Origin: Priapulus caudatus
Lineage: Eukaryota
Assembly (NCBI RefSeq): GCF_000485595.1
Contig: NW_014577089.1
Coordinates: 357,055-421,054, forward strand
Reading direction: 5' to 3'
DNA length: 64,000 nucleotides
Shown here: piece by piece, positions 57,901 through 64,000 of the stretch
Layout of the letters: every line of letters starts with the position of its first letter
Position numbering within the stretch: the stretch's first letter is position 1
Notes under the pieces: model-generated
Seen by the model: only the letters and a program-made list of their open reading frames with translations
What the model was told of the DNA's origin: nothing
The model's database searches: none
Made by a program: the position numbers and the translations under genes

Positions 57901-59827
57901 CGCGCCATGTGTACGGCACCCGGCCGACATGTGTTTTATCGTTGGTGATTATACGGGAATGACCGTTAGCCAATCTGTCTTGCGCGCTGAGGACGGCTTC
58001 TAACTGGCTGACACTTGCGCAGTGAACCTCTTCACGGTGGAATGAATTGAACTGTGGACTATATTACGGAGTGAATGAACCAATCTCTCCAAGCTCAACC
58101 GCCTTTTTCCAAGCATTCCGAGCTTTGCGCTGCATACACACAGCGCATCGGCAACACTGTCTAAACATGCGAATCACAGTGCGAGCACGCAAATACACCT
58201 GCGCCGTACGGGGCTACCACGCACAATACACGCTACGCGCTTGCCGTATACGAGGCAGCAGCGTATGATGAACACAAACCGAACATCTGAACACTTGTAA
58301 AAATATATAGGATCCTAGAGTTAGGGTTAGGGGGTCTAGTAGATAGGATTGAGGAGGTGGAGAGTTTAGTATTAACGGCGTGATTGACGGTTCAGGGGTG
58401 CGAGAATATTTAGAACACAAGCGAGCATCTGATGGCTTTAGAACCACTTGTGCCATGTTCTTGCGATTCTTGAACTGCATTGCCACGTTGAGGCATGTTG
58501 GTGTTCTTATGCGTTAACGATAGGTTAGATAATTTCGTGAAGGGCATACAGTCTACCAGGTTTGGTTGGGGCATCTTAGAGGTCAGGGATTCTAAAATTT
58601 AGGGTTATGACCATTTGGGTCAAGGTTCGTATCGGGTTGGCAGGTGTTTGTATAGGTACAAGATATCCAATGGGATGGATGTCAGGCTGTGCATATTGTA
58701 CGCTAGTCACGAGCAGCCTGGTCGGGCTACAATATTCGTTAGAAGCATCGTGTTTGTACTTTACGTAATCCTGGCTTCATAACAACTAATCATTCATGAA
58801 GAAAGGGCTTATTTGAAGTACGCACTGCATAGATTCTCATAGCAGCGCTTGAGCGTCGAAGCAACTTTGAACTTTAAACATCCCTTTCCATATCGATGTA
58901 TGGTAAGAGCGTCCACTCTCGGCATAAATTCGCCGGCTCTCCAGGAATCTAATCATGCGGTCAGCAATCGTTCCCTGTTCTCACCTCGAGGAAGCTCTAA
59001 GAAAGACTGCATCGGCGTCTGCGATGATAAAAAGCAAACGCCCGTATGTGTGTGTGCGCGCTTGCGTGTGCTGTGATATGCTGGAAGCCCGAGCGGGAAA
59101 ATGTGACTGTTTTCGGTTGACTGGTCCCGGACCGTCTCCCCAACAGAAACACACAGAGACATACACCAGCACACACGACAGGCACGCTCGAGCGCATCGC
59201 ATCTGCCACGCAGGCTAAGTGAATTTAGGACTGCGTGGCGAAATAATCCTCACTTGACACGCACGCAGCTTCGTACAACTCATCGAACTTACATTAATCG
59301 CTAGCATGGCCACCGGTTTGCCGCGCCGCAAGCGCGAACGCCATTACCGAACGCAGAAACCGGAGTGTGAGAGTCTAAATCAACCGACCTATGGAAAGCA
59401 GTCAGCGTTCGGAACGACGAGGCGAGGAACTTGATTGTCGCGACGCTAAAGTGGGGGCCTGGTTCGGCAAGCTGCCACTTCCTACCGAGTGGGACTAGCA
59501 TAAAAGAATGCAGGCATGGGACATCGGCCGACGGTCCCCATCCAGCCGGTGCGGATAGTTGATGGCAACATGACTCGCTAGGTGTACAAAGCTGGCGGGA
59601 ACATCCGAGGTAACACTGCGACAACTGTTCGTTATTGCACGGCAGCACTGCGTCTCACAGATAAAGATGGCTTTGCTAAAAAAATTAAACTAAGCCGACA
59701 GATGACGCGCTGTCGACTAAAAGGACAGCTGGACAAGCAAGGAAGCTAAAACGGGAAATTTACGATACGCACAATGCACGTAGTGAAGAGAAAAAGATAC
59801 GTGAAGTAGAGTTACAATAACGAGGTG

Positions 59828-59893
59828 GTGTGGTGTGTGTGTGTGTGTTGTCGTGTGTGTGTGTGTGTGTGTGTGTAGTGGGTGTGTGTGTGT
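59828..59893. repeat. (GT)n microsatellite
   Basis: Imperfect GT run; others at 672-730, 43212-43262 and 60677-60760. Confidence 0.85.
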
Positions 59894-62800
59894 TTGTGGG
59901 TGCTGCGTGCTTCTCGTTACGCTGGCCACGTACGTATCAGTGCGTTGCATGTTCCTGTCTGATTCTACGCTCTGTGCTCGCAGGCATCCTGACGATCCTA
60001 TACTATCGCGTCAACCTGTCCTTATCTCAAGAGTACGCTCTGTGTCTCCACGTTCTGTTACTTGCATCCCGTCCTCGAGTTACCAGTCTTTCCTCTGTTC
60101 TCTTGTCCGCCCCTCAGCGCGAGACGCTGCTATTTCCTCAGTGTGGGTGTGGGGCGTGCGCGATTCCTGTCTAGCGTACTGAAGTGGGGAGACTTAATTG
60201 TTCCCCAAGATATGTCAAGTAAGAACTTCCGTCTTAAGTAGCGCGCCACGTACCGATCAAATCACGTCACACATCACACGCGCACAGACGCAGACACATA
60301 TAAACCCACGTCATGTTATGCCCGTAGAGCGATCCAGAATCCCGGAGACAGGCTAAACAACATCTTCGTGTACACATTATTATCTCAGCCATTCCGCGAA
60401 TAATCAGTACTACGGCGTAACAGGACAGTTAGCGCACAATGCGGTTGTCCGCGTTATATATGTTAGGGCAAGATCGTATTCACGAACTGGGAGTGCAGCC
60501 GTGATTGCTACGACAATGGCCTGTAAATTGGCGGCTCGCCCGAGTAGATCACCATATACATACACTAAGCATCATATTTCATTATCCTCGGCGCCCGCGA
60601 GCATGAGCCATACATGATTGTGCTCGCGCAGACGCTGCTAATCTAAAACAACTCGTATATTATATCGTAATTGCTGTTGTGTGTGTGCTGTGTGTGTGTG
60701 TGGGTGTGTGTTGTGTGGTGTGTGTGTATGTGTGTGTGTGCGCGCGCGCGTGTGTGTGGTGATGAACGTCGCTATCGCCTATATGGCCCTAAATGTGTTT
60801 TATGGAGAGGGTGGTGCGGTTGCTGGTCTGTGCGGGAGCTTGCTTGTGTCGCTATTTTGGTTATGCTGTACAGATGGAGCGCGAGATGGACAGTGCATGT
60901 GCGTGAGTGCATGTTCGTGTTTTGTATGTGGTGTCTGTCTCCAAATATTACGCTCGAACCTCGAGCCGCCGGATCTGTCGAATGGTGCAAACGAACGACA
61001 GAATCGAGTCGAGCGAGTTATGATGTCCGCAGTATCTTTGCCATGACTGATCGAACGCGCGCAGGCATAGGGCCTCGATCCGCTGAGACATTTGGCCTGC
61101 TGCGTGGCAGTACCCGCGCCGGGTCGCCGATTTCTCCCCTACCACTGCACTGGCGCAGGTGGAGGCATGCATACGACAGTCCCACGTCTCTTAATACATC
61201 GGTATCGTCGTAACGGTTGTCGCTCGGTAGCGAGTGAAGTGACTTAACTGGCACAATGGATAAAATACATATGATGATGATGATGATTTAACCGGAACGA
61301 AGCTCGATGATAGAGTAACGGGACGATGCCGAGTGATGATGAATGATGATGTCATGATAATAATAAGTAATAATAACAACACACAACAAACACACGCAAA
61401 CATATAGACGACGTCAAATGTCTATAAACATAGCACATATGCACACCTGAGCATACTTTACTATCCCGCCCAACTAACCACACCTCGCCACTATACTCTC
61501 TAGCGTTCTTATATTCTATCTACTTACTTCTATTCTATGCGCTCATGCTCTGAGTATCGTAGTTTAACTTCTTTTGCCTCACGCTCTGTCGTATCGCGAG
61601 CTCGCTCTATGCTACGTCATCTATCTGATCTCATCTATTCGCAGTGAGTTCCCATCATAACAAACATATGGGTGCAATCCAAAGTCATCCTGAGCTGCTA
61701 TAAGTCGTACTGCTTATCGCTACATGTCTATCACTGATTTAGCGTCACGTAGACATATACTATATCATGCTATAGAAGAGCCTATATATCCTATATAAGA
61801 ATCTAATATCCATCCGTCATACTGATTATGTGCTGCTCGCATTCTATAGATTTATATTCATTACGCTGACCGCCACTTATGCGTCTCTTACAAGTCTTTC
61901 GCATAACCTTACACAAGTATAATACATACCCTATATAATATGTCTATCCTGTTCTCACTAGTAACAGCATAGGAATTTATATATTCATCATTAATTTAAT
62001 TTATTAACATTTCGGCTATCGATCTAATCTAATCTATTAGCGTATTCCTAAAGTCGTCTGGAGTTCCCTACAGCCTTTGTCTATTCCCAAGTCATTCGGT
62101 CGGCTAATGAGTTTAGTCTATTCAGATGAACACTTTCGAGCACATACCCATGTCCATATGTAATAATACATACCTATACGGCTCATTAACTTTCTCTTCA
62201 TTGCCCAACATTAATCTGATCGTAAGGATATATTATAATACTATATTAATTAACCCTACTTATCTAATCTCACCGCATCTCCACACATCTATCATCCGCA
62301 TGCTTCTAAATGTGTGTCGAATCGTCAGAGGTTTATATACATGCATAGGGAAAGTAACGTAGTACCAGTCGCAGAAGTCGAGCCCGTTTGGCTATAATAT
62401 ATGTGTGTATTAATGTTTGAGCATGTGTGTATCCCGATATACATATTATATATATATATATCCATATAATATATATATAATATTATATGTCAATAACTAA
62501 TAGTAATAATAATATATCTAATATATCGCTTGTATATGATCCAAAAAGATCACGCTATAGGTGTTGAATCATAACCTAGTAGAGGCGTCCATAACTGCAA
62601 GGCCTGAATAAAGCATCAAAACGAACTAATTTAAAAAATCACGCAACTGTTACTGGTGCACCTAACAAAACATGACATCTTTATTCATGATAAATAAACA
62701 CAGATTCCTCCTCTCTTATGCTAAACCGCACTCGAAAGAACTCTTGCACAGCTCTAGATTGCCAATATTCTGCTAAGTATTTTGTCTTGTAACATCAATT

Positions 62801-64000
62801 TATCAGTACCACAAAAAAACACCCCGGTAATTCCCATGTAGAGCTACGCCACCTATGTTGATACGCATGTCAAGATATATACACACACACAAAGAAATGA
62901 GTATTATGTATGCTAGCTCTAATGCTTTGCATAGAGCGTACCACATCTCACGAGGCATACTATACTTGCGTGCATAAATGGCAAATTATTGCACCTGCAG
63001 TATTTAGTTCGGACGAAAAAAAATGCTCACAAATAAGGCCTTTTCTAGAGACGAAACAGTCTGTCGGACATACGGTAGCGAGACAATTCGGAGCACAGTG
63101 TATATACATGAGTGCGGCAGGCACTGCTATTGGCAGACAAACATCGGCTTTAGTGGACAGTAGAGATCGTGGGTTATCGTATAATCACATGGTCTTCGAT
63201 ATCTTTGAGAGGCGGCCTGCTCGACTTTTTGAGACTGAATGCAAACCGAAAATCATGAAATCCTCGCCATGTCCCAAGACCTATTTTTTTATGATAATTA
63301 ATATTTTTTAAATCGAAATTCCTGATGGTCGGGTGACTAAAATCCGCGAATCCGACCGACAAAAAAACTGTAAAGGCATAGATCGTCTTTATTTTAAAAT
63401 ATATACTTTTGGTATTGTTTCATATTTTATAGATTGATATAAATCATCTAGCACTATATATATTTAGTGTGAATAGATTTAGTGATTAAGTAACTCTCTG
63501 TACATATCTCACTCTCGTTGTTTAAGTCTATGTGAGTATCTCGGCCTAAGTATATAATTATGAAGTATCAATAAACATGCAATCACGCCACCTCTTTTCC
63601 GCGTTTCGGGTTTTCCATATGGACTTCAATATTGCGTTGTACGCGCAGTGGTAATCTCGGGGGATAGCTCAATACTAAGTATGGCGCCAGAGTAACATGG
63701 CGGGCGAAGAAACATATTCTAGTAATACCAAAAGTTATATGGCTGAGATTGCTGGCCGAATCACGCTTACGGATAGGCAGCACACATGACTTATAATGTC
63801 TCGCGAACTCTATGCAAAGTGACTCCCATTCTCTGACTGAAACCTAAACCCTAACCCGTCAACGATAAACCTTAGAGCCCCTAACCTTCAAAAACCCTAA
63901 TGAGACATTAAGTCAACAACTAAATACATTTTCATATTTAAAAAAAACATCACCATCTCGCCAGGTTAAGACGCCGCTGTTATTGCCAAGTACAAGAGAT

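Overview
Eukaryotic (invertebrate metazoan, inferred from gene structure and repeat content) genomic DNA, not prokaryotic. Three spliced genes were reconstructed by hand from GT-AG junctions and reading-frame phase: (1) the last 16 coding exons of an axonemal dynein heavy chain, DNAH10-like, on + (431-9182); (2) a complete 13-exon TAF4 on - (14697-26729, ~922 aa; TAFH and histone-fold regions); (3) a complete 9-coding-exon LSM14/RAP55 on + (27111-51194, ~465 aa; LSm, FDF, FFD, TFG and RGG regions) with a probable 3'UTR intron. TAF4 and LSM14 lie head-to-head with start codons only 382 bp apart, echoing the TAF4-LSM14B neighbourhood in vertebrates. Introns carry many non-autonomous DNA transposons with readable TIRs/TSDs (Mutator-like, hAT, PIF/Harbinger, Kolobok, Tc1/mariner, a Galileo-like foldback, Helentron-associated elements), several nested. 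About 32.8-45.2 kb, 48.6-50.5 kb and 53.4-64 kb look like unpolished long-read gap-fill (N gaps, noisy re-copies of neighbouring sequence). Inside that noise is a frameshift-ridden, intronless RPL7-family coding sequence (~54144-54975, -) that the ORF track misses. I see no convincing novel multi-gene system; the most interesting signals are listed as findings.
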